A stretch of 63,764 nt of DNA from a virus (IMGVR_UViG_3300025035_000020:1-63764); one strand, 5' to 3'; positions 17,657 through 27,001 are shown, counted from the first letter of the stretch. The notes: generated from the sequence alone by a model not told the origin. Made by a program: numbers and translations.

Positions 17657-19515
17657 CCGTAAAAAACGGGCTTGTAGAGGTCAACGGCAAAAAATACTCG
17701 ATCGTCACGCTCGATTTTGAGACTTACTACGACGCGACATACACCTTGTCAGGAAAGTTAAACACCTCGGAATACATACGCGACGATCGCTTTCACGCAC
17801 ACGGCGTAGGGATAAAGATTAACGCAGGCAAGACTCGCTGGTTCACAGGCAAGAACATTTCGCTAGCATTGCACGAAATCGATTGGCAAAGAAGCGCCAT
17901 GTTGGCCCACAACACGGCATTCGACGGATTCATCTGCTCGCACGTGTATGGCGTCAAGCCAGCTATCTACCTTGATACGCTGTCGATGGCGCGCGCTGCA
18001 CACGGCCACCACATGCGCCACGACCTTGACACCATAGCTAGGGCCCACGGGCTTGCTGGCAAAGTAAAACGTGCGGCGCTTACCAACACCAAAGGCAAGC
18101 AGCAACTCACTAGCGCTGAAGCGCGCGCACTGGGTGCGTACTGCGTAGATGATGTGGACGATACGTACGGAATATTTTGGAAGCTCTACGACCACATCCC
18201 GGATGAAGAGCTGCGTCTGATCGACATCACGCTCCGAATGTTTTGCGATCCTGTGCTTCTTGTCGACATGCCGCGAGTGCAGGCCGAGCTTAAGGCAGAG
18301 CTTGGCAGCAAAGCCGCGGCGCTCTACAAAAGCGGTGTAGGCGTTGAAGAGTTCATGTCGAACGACAAATTCGCAGAGCTACTTAAGGGCGCGGGCATCG
18401 ACCCGCCAATGAAGATCAGCAAAACCACGGGTAAACCGACTTATGCCTTTGCGAAATCTGACCTCGATTTTCAAGAGCTACTAAATCATCCTAACCGCAA
18501 AGTCGCCGCACTGGCAGATGCGCGGATAAAGGTGCGGTCAACGATTGGCGAGACTCGAGCGGTACGCTTTCTCGAAGCCGGCAAAGACGGGATGCGGCTG
18601 CCGATTCTGCTGAACTACTCTGGCGCGCATACTCACCGCTGGTCGGGCGGCAACAAGATGAATCTGCAGAACCTCCGACGCGGAGGTGAGCTACGTCGCT
18701 CTATTTTGGCTCCCAAAAATCAGGTCATAGTCGTAGCGGACTCAGCACAAATTGAGGCCCGCGTCCTCGCGTGGCTGGCGGGGCAGACCGACGTCGTCGA
18801 GGCTTTTGCTAGCAAGAAAGACGTGTACAAGCTTATGGCTTCGGCAGTATACAACGTGCCCGTAAGTGAGGTCACCAAGGATCAGCGCTTCGTTGGCAAG
18901 GTCTGCATACTGGGCTTAGGTTTTGGCATGGGAGCAAAAAAGCTTCGCCAAACCTTAGAACAGGGCGTCTTAGGCCCGCCGGTTGAGTTCTCCTTGCAGG
19001 AGTGCGAGCGCATCGTCAATGTCTATCGTTCGCGTAACTACAAAATCAGGGGCCTTTGGAAACTTATGGACAGCATTATCGCGTCCATGCTTACAGGCAC
19101 CCAAGGTGACTTCGGCCCACTGTCATATGGCAAAGGTTTCATACGACTCCCCAACGGGCTGTTTCTGCAGTACTACGGACTACACGGTGAGGTCGAAGCG
19201 CGTCGAGATGACTTAGTCGTGCAAGAGGCGACGTACCTCACGCGCAAAGGCAGAAGCAAGATATATGGCGGGTTGCTGACAGAGAACGTTGTGCAAGCAC
19301 TGGCTCGTATTATCGTCGCTGATCAGATGCTTGAGATTTCGAAACGCTATCGCGTAGTGACGATGACCCACGATGAGATAGTGGTAGTCGCTGACAAAAA
19401 AGACGCTGAGACGTGCTTGGCAGACATGCTGCGCGTAATGGCCACCCCTCCGGAGTGGGCTCGAGGCTTGCCGCTGTCTGCAGAAGGCGGGTTCGACACG
19501 TGCTATTCCAAGTGA
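17653..19515 (+). CDS. polA: Family A DNA polymerase with 3'-5' exonuclease
   Basis: ExoI LDFET, ExoII AHNTAFD, ExoIII YCVDD; motif A ADSAQIEAR, motif B RFVGKVCILGLGFG, motif C THDE. Confidence 0.95.
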   Translation: MTVKNGLVEVNGKKYSIVTLDFETYYDATYTLSGKLNTSEYIRDDRFHAHGVGIKINAGKTRWFTGKNISLALHEIDWQRSAMLAHNTAFDGFICSHVYGVKPAIYLDTLSMARAAHGHHMRHDLDTIARAHGLAGKVKRAALTNTKGKQQLTSAEARALGAYCVDDVDDTYGIFWKLYDHIPDEELRLIDITLRMFCDPVLLVDMPRVQAELKAELGSKAAALYKSGVGVEEFMSNDKFAELLKGAGIDPPMKISKTTGKPTYAFAKSDLDFQELLNHPNRKVAALADARIKVRSTIGETRAVRFLEAGKDGMRLPILLNYSGAHTHRWSGGNKMNLQNLRRGGELRRSILAPKNQVIVVADSAQIEARVLAWLAGQTDVVEAFASKKDVYKLMASAVYNVPVSEVTKDQRFVGKVCILGLGFGMGAKKLRQTLEQGVLGPPVEFSLQECERIVNVYRSRNYKIRGLWKLMDSIIASMLTGTQGDFGPLSYGKGFIRLPNGLFLQYYGLHGEVEARRDDLVVQEATYLTRKGRSKIYGGLLTENVVQALARIIVADQMLEISKRYRVVTMTHDEIVVVADKKDAETCLADMLRVMATPPEWARGLPLSAEGGFDTCYSK

Positions 19516-19552
19516 GCCTTGTAGACGTCGAAACCAAACGGTACGCAACCAA

Positions 19553-19810
19553 ATGAGCACGCCCTATGAAGTTCTCAGCATACACCCCGAAGCGACTGAA
19601 GACGAAGTTCGCGCCGCATACCGAAAGGCGGCCATGAAGCACCATCCGGATCGCGGCGGCTCGCCCGAAGCTTTTCGAGCTGTGCAAGACGCTTACAGGC
19701 GTCTTCGGGATCGGACTTGCCCAGATTGTGGCGGTACGGGCTCAGTCACCACTCGTCGTGGGATATTTGTTGAGAAGGCGCAGTGTCCAAGATGCTGGGA
19801 AATCAAGTGA
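19553..19810 (+). CDS. Minimal DnaJ (J-domain) protein with C-terminal zinc finger
   Basis: PYEVL, AYRK, HHPDRGG; CPDCGGTG...CPRC. Confidence 0.9.
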   Translation: MSTPYEVLSIHPEATEDEVRAAYRKAAMKHHPDRGGSPEAFRAVQDAYRRLRDRTCPDCGGTGSVTTRRGIFVEKAQCPRCWEIK

Positions 19811-19823
19811 GGAGCTATATGAT

Positions 19824-20192
19824 ATGAGCACCATCGGTGTTAGAATCGATCAGCTGCACAACATTCGAGAACGTAAGCGCGAACTCGAAGAACAAGTAAA
19901 GCAACTGTCGGAGCAAATGAATGAGCTGGAGGGCCAGCTCATAGATCAGATGGACAAGGAAGGAGTTGTAAGGTCGACCGGCAACACCGCTACGGTCTCG
20001 ATTTCTGTTTCTGTGCGGCCGTCAATCGACGACTGGGATGCTTTCTACGCGTACATCCACCGCAACAAGTACTACCACTTGCTAGAGCGTCGGCCGTCGG
20101 TCACTGGCTGCCGCGAGCTGTTCGAAACCAAAGGCAAAATACCGGGAGCAGTCCCGTTCACTCAGCGCAAGCTGAACATCCGCTCTGTATAG
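19824..20192 (+). CDS. Conserved-type phage replication-module protein (coiled coil, 122 aa)
   Basis: GAGGAG SD; IDDWDAFYAYI...LLERR motif. Confidence 0.75.
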   Translation: MSTIGVRIDQLHNIRERKRELEEQVKQLSEQMNELEGQLIDQMDKEGVVRSTGNTATVSISVSVRPSIDDWDAFYAYIHRNKYYHLLERRPSVTGCRELFETKGKIPGAVPFTQRKLNIRSV

Positions 20193-20205
20193 GAGAGAAT
20201 CAAAA

Positions 20206-20940
20206 ATGGCTACTCGTGCAAAAAGCAACTTGCCTGTTAACTACGAAGCACAACTTGCTCAAGAGGCATCGGAAATCGCGAAGCGAATCGCCACGCCGTC
20301 TGGTGACCGTATCCGCTTCAACGCCAATCGTGCGTTCATCACTCCCGATGGGCTGGAGGGTGAGACTCTCGAAGGTGTGATTATCGATTTCACGTCCAGC
20401 AACATGTTTTACGAAGGGCAATTTGATCGTGACAGCCCTCAGCCTCCGAGTTGCTTCGCGATTGGATCTGAGCCGTCACTGCTCGTCCCAAGCCAAAAGA
20501 GCCCGAACCGACAGGCTGAGTCTTGCTCTGTGTGCCCGAACAACCAGTTCGGTTCCGCTCCCAATGGCAAGGGTAAGGCGTGCAAAAACACTCGTTTGCT
20601 GGCAATTGTGCCGGCATCGGCTCTCGATAACCCGAAGGAAGAGGCTCCAATTTGGATCATGTCAGTGCCACCAACTTCGCTCAAAGCGTTTGATTCGTAC
20701 GTCCACAGCCTGTCAGCAAAGCACAAGACCGTGCCAGTCGGCGTGATTACTCAGATCACGCTGGACAAAGACAACACGTTCGCATCGCCACGCTTCAATG
20801 TGGTGCGTCCGTTGAAGGGTGGAGAACTGGCCGTGTTTATGCCGCGCCGCGAAGAGGCAAATCAGCGCCTGTCTGCGGAACCCGACACATCGCGGTATGT
20901 CGCAGCTCAACCGCAACCCACAAAGCGTGGCCGTCGATAA
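20206..20940 (+). CDS. Putative ssDNA-binding / recombination protein
   Basis: CSVCPNNQFGS...GKACKN motif and position in the replication module; function inferred. Confidence 0.55.
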   Translation: MATRAKSNLPVNYEAQLAQEASEIAKRIATPSGDRIRFNANRAFITPDGLEGETLEGVIIDFTSSNMFYEGQFDRDSPQPPSCFAIGSEPSLLVPSQKSPNRQAESCSVCPNNQFGSAPNGKGKACKNTRLLAIVPASALDNPKEEAPIWIMSVPPTSLKAFDSYVHSLSAKHKTVPVGVITQITLDKDNTFASPRFNVVRPLKGGELAVFMPRREEANQRLSAEPDTSRYVAAQPQPTKRGRR

Positions 20941-20987
20941 GCAGAACCCGGGGAGTATGGAACTAAGCCTCTCTTCTCCCCACCGCT

Positions 20988-21015
20988 TGAAGCAGCCGGT
21001 AGCTGCTTCACCTTT
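20988..21015 (+). terminator. Hairpin / possible terminator
   Basis: tgaagcagc-cggta-gctgcttca then ccttt. Confidence 0.45.
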
Positions 21016-21041
21016 CGCAATCACTTGATGGAGAATCAAAA

Positions 21042-21476
21042 ATGGCACATGCAAAGAGCGTCATCCTTGCCGCAACCGGGGACGCAGTTACTGGCAACAA
21101 GTCTGCCGAAACCAAAACGCGACCGGCAAAGGGCATCACTCTCACTCCGACTGAGCACAAAGCTGCTGTCCTCGCTGCCAAAGAGGACGTAAAGCGTACT
21201 CGGGCTGCAGTAAGCGAACTGGAAAGGGCTCGCAAAACTCTGGATAAAGAGCATGAGAAGGCCCTCCAAAGTCTGTACCGCGAGCACAAGACGGCCCTCA
21301 AAAAGCTGGACAGCGAATACCTGAAGGATCGCAAAGACGCGTGCACCGAGCAAGTAAAGGCGGTCAAAGCCAACACCAAAAGCCTCGTTGTCGCCAAAAG
21401 GACCCTCGTTGCGGCCGAAAAAACGCTGCTGCGCCTCAGTCCGCCACGTGCTCAGCCGTCGCCGGTTGATGCATAA
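21042..21476 (+). CDS. Lys/Ala-rich coiled-coil protein (144 aa)
   Basis: GGAG SD; initiation region gagaatcaaaaatggc shared with the 20206 gene. Confidence 0.75.
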   Translation: MAHAKSVILAATGDAVTGNKSAETKTRPAKGITLTPTEHKAAVLAAKEDVKRTRAAVSELERARKTLDKEHEKALQSLYREHKTALKKLDSEYLKDRKDACTEQVKAVKANTKSLVVAKRTLVAAEKTLLRLSPPRAQPSPVDA

Positions 21477-21480
21477 CTTA

Positions 21481-21513
21481 GAAGGTCCGGGCGTTAGTGC
21501 CCGGACTTCTTTT
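21481..21513 (+). terminator. Rho-independent terminator
   Basis: gtccgggc/gcccggac stem followed by ttctttt. Confidence 0.7.
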
Positions 21514-21536
21514 CCCCGCACGCAAGGAGACCGCGT

Positions 21537-22082
21537 ATGCAGCACATCATGCTTGATCTGGAAACTCTGGACACGGCCCCTTCGGCCGTTGTTCTGAGCA
21601 TCGGAGCCGTGGCGTTCAAAATGTCCGGCGGCTTGGGCGCTAGTTTTTACGTCGAACTGGTAAACGACATCGACGCTCAGCAGATGCGTGGTCGTACTAT
21701 CGCCGGCGACTGCGTACGTTGGTGGATGCAGCAAGAAGCAGCAGCTCGGCGCATGTTCGCAGATGTGCCACACGACGGTGTGCAACGAGTTGATACTCTT
21801 AGCGCACTCTCGCAGTTTTCAGACTTCGTAGCCAGCAATGGCGGCCCCATGGCGAATATCTGGAGCAATGGCGCAGACTTTGACAACGTCATCCTTAGCT
21901 CCCTGTATAAAGCGTATGGAGTATCACAGCCATGGAAGTACACGCGAAGCCGCTGCTACCGAACTGTAAAAAGTCTCAACACCGAACTGCACAACCAGCT
22001 TCAGTCGGGAAGCATTCGCCACAACGCTTTGGACGATGCTGTTTCTCAGGCGCTTCACCTGCAAAAGATGCTATCGCATTAG
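21537..22082 (+). CDS. DEDDh 3'-5' exonuclease (Rv2179c/ExoVIII-like)
   Basis: MLDLET, WSNGADFD, HNALDDA. Confidence 0.85.
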   Translation: MQHIMLDLETLDTAPSAVVLSIGAVAFKMSGGLGASFYVELVNDIDAQQMRGRTIAGDCVRWWMQQEAAARRMFADVPHDGVQRVDTLSALSQFSDFVASNGGPMANIWSNGADFDNVILSSLYKAYGVSQPWKYTRSRCYRTVKSLNTELHNQLQSGSIRHNALDDAVSQALHLQKMLSH

Positions 22083-22124
22083 CCAAGCGACACCAATCAC
22101 GATTTTTCACACGAGGGCGGCTAT

Positions 22125-22514
22125 ATGTCTGAGACGGAGATTACCGAGGTCGAAGAGTTGGCGGCGCGCGCTGTTGAGCGGGCCATGTTCTGGGACGGAT
22201 ACATCAACTTGTTGGTCCAACTGCGCCACGAAGGTGCGCGTAAGGCAGTTCGTCGCGCTACCTCCGCGCTTATGCCAACATCCAAAGACGGACCTGACTG
22301 TCAGTTGAGAGAAGGGCTGCAGCAAGCCATTGACGCGGCTTTGTTGCTCCAACAAAGAGAGCTTGCAGAGTGCTTCATGCTTTCAGGAGTCGGCGGCAAA
22401 CGGGCGGAAGAGTATGCCAGAGCCCGAGGCCAAGATATTCTTGGACCGCACCTTAAATACGCCGTAGATACTGGGTACGCACCAACTTTTTGGTGGAGCG
22501 ACAGCGATGGCTAA
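22125..22514 (+). CDS. Hypothetical protein (129 aa)
   Basis: GAGGG SD, overlaps the next gene. Confidence 0.65.
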   Translation: MSETEITEVEELAARAVERAMFWDGYINLLVQLRHEGARKAVRRATSALMPTSKDGPDCQLREGLQQAIDAALLLQQRELAECFMLSGVGGKRAEEYARARGQDILGPHLKYAVDTGYAPTFWWSDSDG

Positions 22515-23040
22515 GTACCCATTGATCGGCATCGCTGGACGTGCGCGATCTGGTAAAGACACCGTCGCGAACTTCATCATAGCCGCCGTCGGTGGCTATA
22601 GGTACGGCTTAGCGGACCCGATCCGTCAGATGCTGGTACCTCTCGGCATCGACATGAACGATCCATACTGGAAAGCCCACAAAGAAGACCCCATTCCAGC
22701 GCTTGGCGTCAGTCCGCGGTATATGATGCAAACGCTCGGCACTGAGTGGGGACGTAATCTGGTTAACCACTCTCTGTGGCTAGTGTTGGCCTACCAGCGG
22801 CTGCTGCACAGCGGCCCGGGAATGGTTGTTACAGATGTGCGCTTTGAGAACGAAGCCGCGTGGATCCGTAAGCACGGCGGGCGCATCATCCACGTTACCC
22901 GGTCCAACGCCGCTGCTATCGAACCCCATGAGAGCGAGAACGGTGTGCAGGTACTGGCATCAGACCTCCAGCTGTCCAATAACGGCACGCTTGAAGAACT
23001 TCAGGCAGCTGTGAGGAGCATATTCTATGGCGGCGATTAA
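22507..23040 (+). CDS. Deoxynucleoside monophosphate kinase
   Basis: GRARSGKDT P-loop, SPR..MQTLGTEWGR, DVRFENEA, HESE. Confidence 0.9.
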   Translation: MAKYPLIGIAGRARSGKDTVANFIIAAVGGYRYGLADPIRQMLVPLGIDMNDPYWKAHKEDPIPALGVSPRYMMQTLGTEWGRNLVNHSLWLVLAYQRLLHSGPGMVVTDVRFENEAAWIRKHGGRIIHVTRSNAAAIEPHESENGVQVLASDLQLSNNGTLEELQAAVRSIFYGGD

Positions 23041-23443
23041 GCCAGAAAACCGCTTCATCAAAAGCGTGCACCGATACCTTCAAAACACTTACACCGAGAA
23101 GACAAACAACCCTTGGCGTGCTGGAACTGCGGATGTCTGGTACTCGGGCGAGCGCGGGGATTTATGGATCGAGTACAAATTTATCGAGAGCATTCCGAGA
23201 AGCGCAGAGATTCTTCCGGGCCTCACACCGCGCCAGAGGCGGTGGCTCAACAACAGATTCGATGAAGGGCGCAACGTAGCGGTTGTGCTTGGAATGCCGA
23301 CAGGCGGTGTGATCTACCGGGATAAGAAGTGGATGTGTCCGCTCGACCACGTGACCCTTTCTGGGCTCGTTGTGCCGAGAGACGAAATCGCGCGGTGGAT
23401 TTTTTCGCAAGTCGGAGCCAGTAGATGCAGGTATCTAACATAG
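23027..23443 (+). CDS. VRR-NUC / Holliday junction resolvase-like nuclease
   Basis: E..F, GTAD, WIEYK, LTPRQRRWL. Confidence 0.75.
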   Translation: MAAIKPENRFIKSVHRYLQNTYTEKTNNPWRAGTADVWYSGERGDLWIEYKFIESIPRSAEILPGLTPRQRRWLNNRFDEGRNVAVVLGMPTGGVIYRDKKWMCPLDHVTLSGLVVPRDEIARWIFSQVGASRCRYLT

Positions 23444-23589
23444 TAGTGTCCGTTTCAAGAACGGTCGTAGCTGGCTACAGGATTCTCGCCACCTTGGTAC
23501 TAGGATATTACCTAGTCAAAGAAACAGTCCGCAGGGAGAAACATGGACGAAAACGTACTACTGATGGCGGAAGCTCTGACACGAGCTGA
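23425..23589 (+). CDS. Small single-TM protein (54 aa); not in the ORF track
   Basis: GGAG SD; MQVSNIVV...ILATLVLGYYLV then a basic tail; fills the intergenic gap. Confidence 0.5.
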   Translation: MQVSNIVVSVSRTVVAGYRILATLVLGYYLVKETVRREKHGRKRTTDGGSSDTS

Positions 23590-23779
23590 AGTAGAGGAGG
23601 GAGTCAATAGAGCACGCAGCGAGCTATTGGGGCGGCCAAAAAACTTCGATGGCCCATGCATCGACTGTGGCGAGAAGCTTGCTGAATCTCGCCTCTCTTT
23701 TGGAGCGATTAGATGCGTACCGTGTCAAACGATTCACGAGCAACGTGCCTCGATCAAGCGCGGAGTGCGCCGTTTTTAA
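23543..23779 (+). CDS. TraR/DksA C4-type zinc-finger protein
   Basis: CIDCGEKLAESRL...RCVPCQ. Confidence 0.85.
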   Translation: MDENVLLMAEALTRAEVEEGVNRARSELLGRPKNFDGPCIDCGEKLAESRLSFGAIRCVPCQTIHEQRASIKRGVRRF

Positions 23780-24390
23780 CCCTTAAAGACGCAGAGGCTG
23801 TTGTCGGTAAGTTCGGAAAGCCTTCCAAAATGCCGGGGTATGCTTATGGGATCCCCGCGCGCCACTGCCCGATAGGGGCAATGCTAGTCAAAGTGCCGGG
23901 GTCTGTGTGCTCCAGTTGCTACGCTTTGAAGGGGCGTTATGTGTTCGGCAACGTCCAGCGTGCTCAAGAGCGCCGCTTCAACTCTTTGAAAAATCCGCAG
24001 TGGGTCGCCGCTCTGGTTTTCATGATCAAGAAGCGAAACTGCGACTACTTCCGCTGGCACGATTCTGGCGACATCCAAGGCCTGTGGCACTTAGAGAACA
24101 TCGTCGAAGTGGCACGTCAGTGCCCCGAGACCAAGTTCTGGATTCCGACGCGCGAAAGCCGCGTAGTTCGTCAGTATTTGACACAACACGGCACATTTCC
24201 TCCGAACTTGGTCGTGCGCGTGTCAGGTACAATGGTCGACGGCCCAGCACCTGCCTCATTTGCCAACACGTCCACTGTAACGACAGGCGGAAACCCAACC
24301 TGCCCAGCCTATAAGCAAGGAGGTGTCTGCGGAAGCTGCAGAGCTTGCTGGAACCCCACCGTCCAAAACGTGTCATACCCCAAGCATTAA
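23713..24390 (+). CDS. Gp88-like phage Fe-S (radical-SAM-like) protein
   Basis: PSKMP, CX13CX2CYA, FRWHDSGD, C-terminal CX8CX2CX2CW; start uncertain. Confidence 0.7.
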   Translation: MRTVSNDSRATCLDQARSAPFLTLKDAEAVVGKFGKPSKMPGYAYGIPARHCPIGAMLVKVPGSVCSSCYALKGRYVFGNVQRAQERRFNSLKNPQWVAALVFMIKKRNCDYFRWHDSGDIQGLWHLENIVEVARQCPETKFWIPTRESRVVRQYLTQHGTFPPNLVVRVSGTMVDGPAPASFANTSTVTTGGNPTCPAYKQGGVCGSCRACWNPTVQNVSYPKH

Positions 24391-24401
24391 GGAACTAAGC
24401 T

Positions 24402-24965
24402 ATGCCCATCCACCTGAACGTTTCCCACGCCATATTTCAAGCCGACGGAATGCCTGATACGGAGGCGCGAGTACTACCTACCCCCGGAGGTGGTGTGATG
24501 TTCTCCATTAAATTCGGCAATGACGGCCTGATCGTAAACTCCGGTCCAATTACTGCAGGGTACGAGCTGCAGTGTGCCGAATCGCTGCAGTTCATTGCGG
24601 ATACTATCAGCACTACTGTCCCGGGGCGTCTCAGCCCGTTCGTGCGAGGTTGGATCAACGTCGCCGCTGACGCTCACTACGCAGCAGAACTGAAAGGGTT
24701 CTGGGAGAACGGTGTCGAACGCAACAACGGCGAAATGCTGTGCTTGATCCACAGCGAGATAAGTGAGGCGCTGGAAGCTTTGCGCCGTGGCAACCCACCG
24801 GACGACAAGGTTCCCGAGTTCACCAGCGTAGAGACCGAGTTGGCCGACGCGGTTATCCGTATCATGGACCTTGCCCACGCACGAGGCTGGCGAGTATCGC
24901 AGGCTATCGAGGCGAAGATGAAGTTCAACGCTGGACGCCCGCATAAGCATGGGAAAGAGTTCTAA
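24402..24965 (+). CDS. MazG-like NTP pyrophosphohydrolase
   Basis: LIHSEISEALEA...ETELADAVIRIMD...KMKFN..RP.KHGK. Confidence 0.85.
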   Translation: MPIHLNVSHAIFQADGMPDTEARVLPTPGGGVMFSIKFGNDGLIVNSGPITAGYELQCAESLQFIADTISTTVPGRLSPFVRGWINVAADAHYAAELKGFWENGVERNNGEMLCLIHSEISEALEALRRGNPPDDKVPEFTSVETELADAVIRIMDLAHARGWRVSQAIEAKMKFNAGRPHKHGKEF

Positions 24966-24985
24966 CCCATACACAAACCAAACAA

Positions 24986-25015
24986 AAAAGGACCCCTAGG
25001 GGTCCTTTTCTTTTT
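24986..25015. terminator. Bidirectional terminator at the convergence of the two genome arms
   Basis: Perfect palindrome aaaaggacccctaggggtcctttt with A and T runs on both sides. Confidence 0.85.
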
Positions 25016-25084
25016 GCCTGTTCACTCAGGAACGCCAAACTATTTCTAGGTAACTAGGTAGTTCGTGCGTCGAGCTTCTAAGCT

Positions 25085-26974
25085 TTACAGGATTTCACAA
25101 GCGCCCGCCGTGCAAGCCAGTTCTTTGATCCCAGTGGTATTGTCTTCTTTTTCAAACTCCTGCAATTTGGCCCACTCCATAGCGGGCATCTTTGCCGCCA
25201 GCGCTTCATATGCTTCCGCTGAGCACTCTGTGTACGGCGCTTGCTGGTACGCGTGATCCGTATGTGGGAGAAAGCTGACGCCGCCAACATCGTCAAAGTG
25301 GTTATACACCCAGTCCCCTACGGCCAGCCATTCGTTGTCTCGCACGTAAACCGTGATCGATGGGTTATGCTCGCACCAGAGCTGCTTGAACATCAGATAG
25401 TGTTCCAGTTGCTGGATCGCGGACATGTCGTTGCGGAACACTGCGTGTTGCGGGCCGTGTACTGGGAATGAGAACACGGCGGTAGTGTCTGGCTTCATCA
25501 CGCAATCTTCTACCGGAAAACCCTCGGCGCACATGAGCTGAGTCAACGGGTCCTTCTTGTCAGCGCGCACGGTGCGGATGTAGTACTCCGAGTAGCGCGG
25601 ATGGATGCCCGAAGCGCTGTCCACCAGCTGACTGACAGTTCCCGACGGCTTCACGGTAGTGATCGCTGCCGAGGGATTGATCCCGAGCTTCTTTGCCCAC
25701 TTGGCATTGGTCTTGACGGCATGCTCACGGAGCTGAGTCAGCCACTGCGCAGCTTCATCGCTTGGCAGGCTAAGGACTTCATGATCCATGATGCCCGTCA
25801 TCGACACGCCAAGTAGCCGCTCTTCCTCGGCGTTACGCTTCCAGATGTTGCGCACGTAGCGGTAGTTTGTCAGGGTCGACTGAAACGTTCCCATGATCGT
25901 AGCCACCTCGACCTTGTCCATCAAAGTCTCCAACGTGTCGCCAGAGCGGATAACCACTTCTGTCAGATTGCACAGGCCGGAGGGACGGAGAATGATCTCA
26001 CCACAGGGGTTTGTGCCGAAGTCGAAGTTCGGATCGCGTCGACCTAGCTCGGTTACTTTCTTCTTCGCGGCCATGCGGTTAAAGATCCCCCGCTCACCGG
26101 ATCGCGACTGGATCAGAGCTACCCACTCTTCAAGGAAGATACTGATATCTGGCTTCTCAGTGTATGCCGCCGAGTTGTTTGCCAACGCTCGCTGCCCATT
26201 TTCTATCCACCACTGCCCGCTCTTGGCCGAGCGCATGCGGTCATCGGAGAGATTCGACAGGGATATGAGCGCCGACCTACGGACTCCCCCGACCACTACG
26301 ACATCAGCGACTTTGCAGATAAGGTCATGGCACTCAACGCTGGTGAGCCTACGGCCTGCTGCTTTCCTGAACAGCGCGATGCTGAACTGAAACAAGTCCA
26401 CAAGCGGCTTAGGGCCTGACGCTCGCCCTCCAAAAATCTTGAGCTTGGCACCGGCGGGGCGGATTTTGCTCACGTCCCACGCTGGAATCTGGCCGTTGTA
26501 CAGCATGGCAATCAGCTCTCGAAACGCTGAAGCCCAACCGATTTTGCTGTCTCGCACAGCGACTACAGAATCGCTCTGGTGAAAGTCTTCTGATACGACT
26601 GGCAGACGGCTGATGAGCTGGCGCTCTACTGAGAAGCCAACGCCAGTACCACACATCAGGATGTAGAGAATCTCGTCGAACGCGCGGATATGGTCCACCG
26701 CCACATATGAACAGTTGAACCCGGCCATCTCGTCGTTCTCAAGCGCTGGCCCCGCGGTCATGAGTGCTCGCATCGACGGCATGGTGCGTAGCTCGCGGAT
26801 GGATTTGCCGATGCGCTCCGCTGGATACAGCTCGGGGAAGCGACCAGCGAAGAAACCGGTGTACCGATCTACGGTTTCTGGCCAAGTCTCGCGCCGGTTC
26901 TCGTCGTCGATCCAACGAGCGTAGCGTGAAAGGTGTATGTACTGCATCAACTGGGACGTGAGGCCGCTGGGCAT
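25085..26974 (-). CDS. nrdJ: Class II (adenosylcobalamin-dependent) ribonucleotide reductase, no ATP cone
   Basis: PSMRALM, FNCSY, GGVRRSALI, TNPCGEI, TVKPSGTVS, C-terminal CTAGAC; GGAG SD; no beta subunit gene. Confidence 0.9.
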   Translation of the reverse strand: MPSGLTSQLMQYIHLSRYARWIDDENRRETWPETVDRYTGFFAGRFPELYPAERIGKSIRELRTMPSMRALMTAGPALENDEMAGFNCSYVAVDHIRAFDEILYILMCGTGVGFSVERQLISRLPVVSEDFHQSDSVVAVRDSKIGWASAFRELIAMLYNGQIPAWDVSKIRPAGAKLKIFGGRASGPKPLVDLFQFSIALFRKAAGRRLTSVECHDLICKVADVVVVGGVRRSALISLSNLSDDRMRSAKSGQWWIENGQRALANNSAAYTEKPDISIFLEEWVALIQSRSGERGIFNRMAAKKKVTELGRRDPNFDFGTNPCGEIILRPSGLCNLTEVVIRSGDTLETLMDKVEVATIMGTFQSTLTNYRYVRNIWKRNAEEERLLGVSMTGIMDHEVLSLPSDEAAQWLTQLREHAVKTNAKWAKKLGINPSAAITTVKPSGTVSQLVDSASGIHPRYSEYYIRTVRADKKDPLTQLMCAEGFPVEDCVMKPDTTAVFSFPVHGPQHAVFRNDMSAIQQLEHYLMFKQLWCEHNPSITVYVRDNEWLAVGDWVYNHFDDVGGVSFLPHTDHAYQQAPYTECSAEAYEALAAKMPAMEWAKLQEFEKEDNTTGIKELACTAGACEIL

Positions 26975-27001
26975 GTTTTTTGCTCCGATAGGCACAACAG
27001 G

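Noticed and set aside
20941-21030. tRNA or known ncRNA in the structured intergenic gap
   Set aside because: Two hairpins, but no cloverleaf, T-loop GTTC or CCA end.
17653-24965. Z-genome (2-aminoadenine) pathway suggested by PolA plus MazG
   Set aside because: No purZ/adenylosuccinate synthetase-like or HD-family datZ gene seen.
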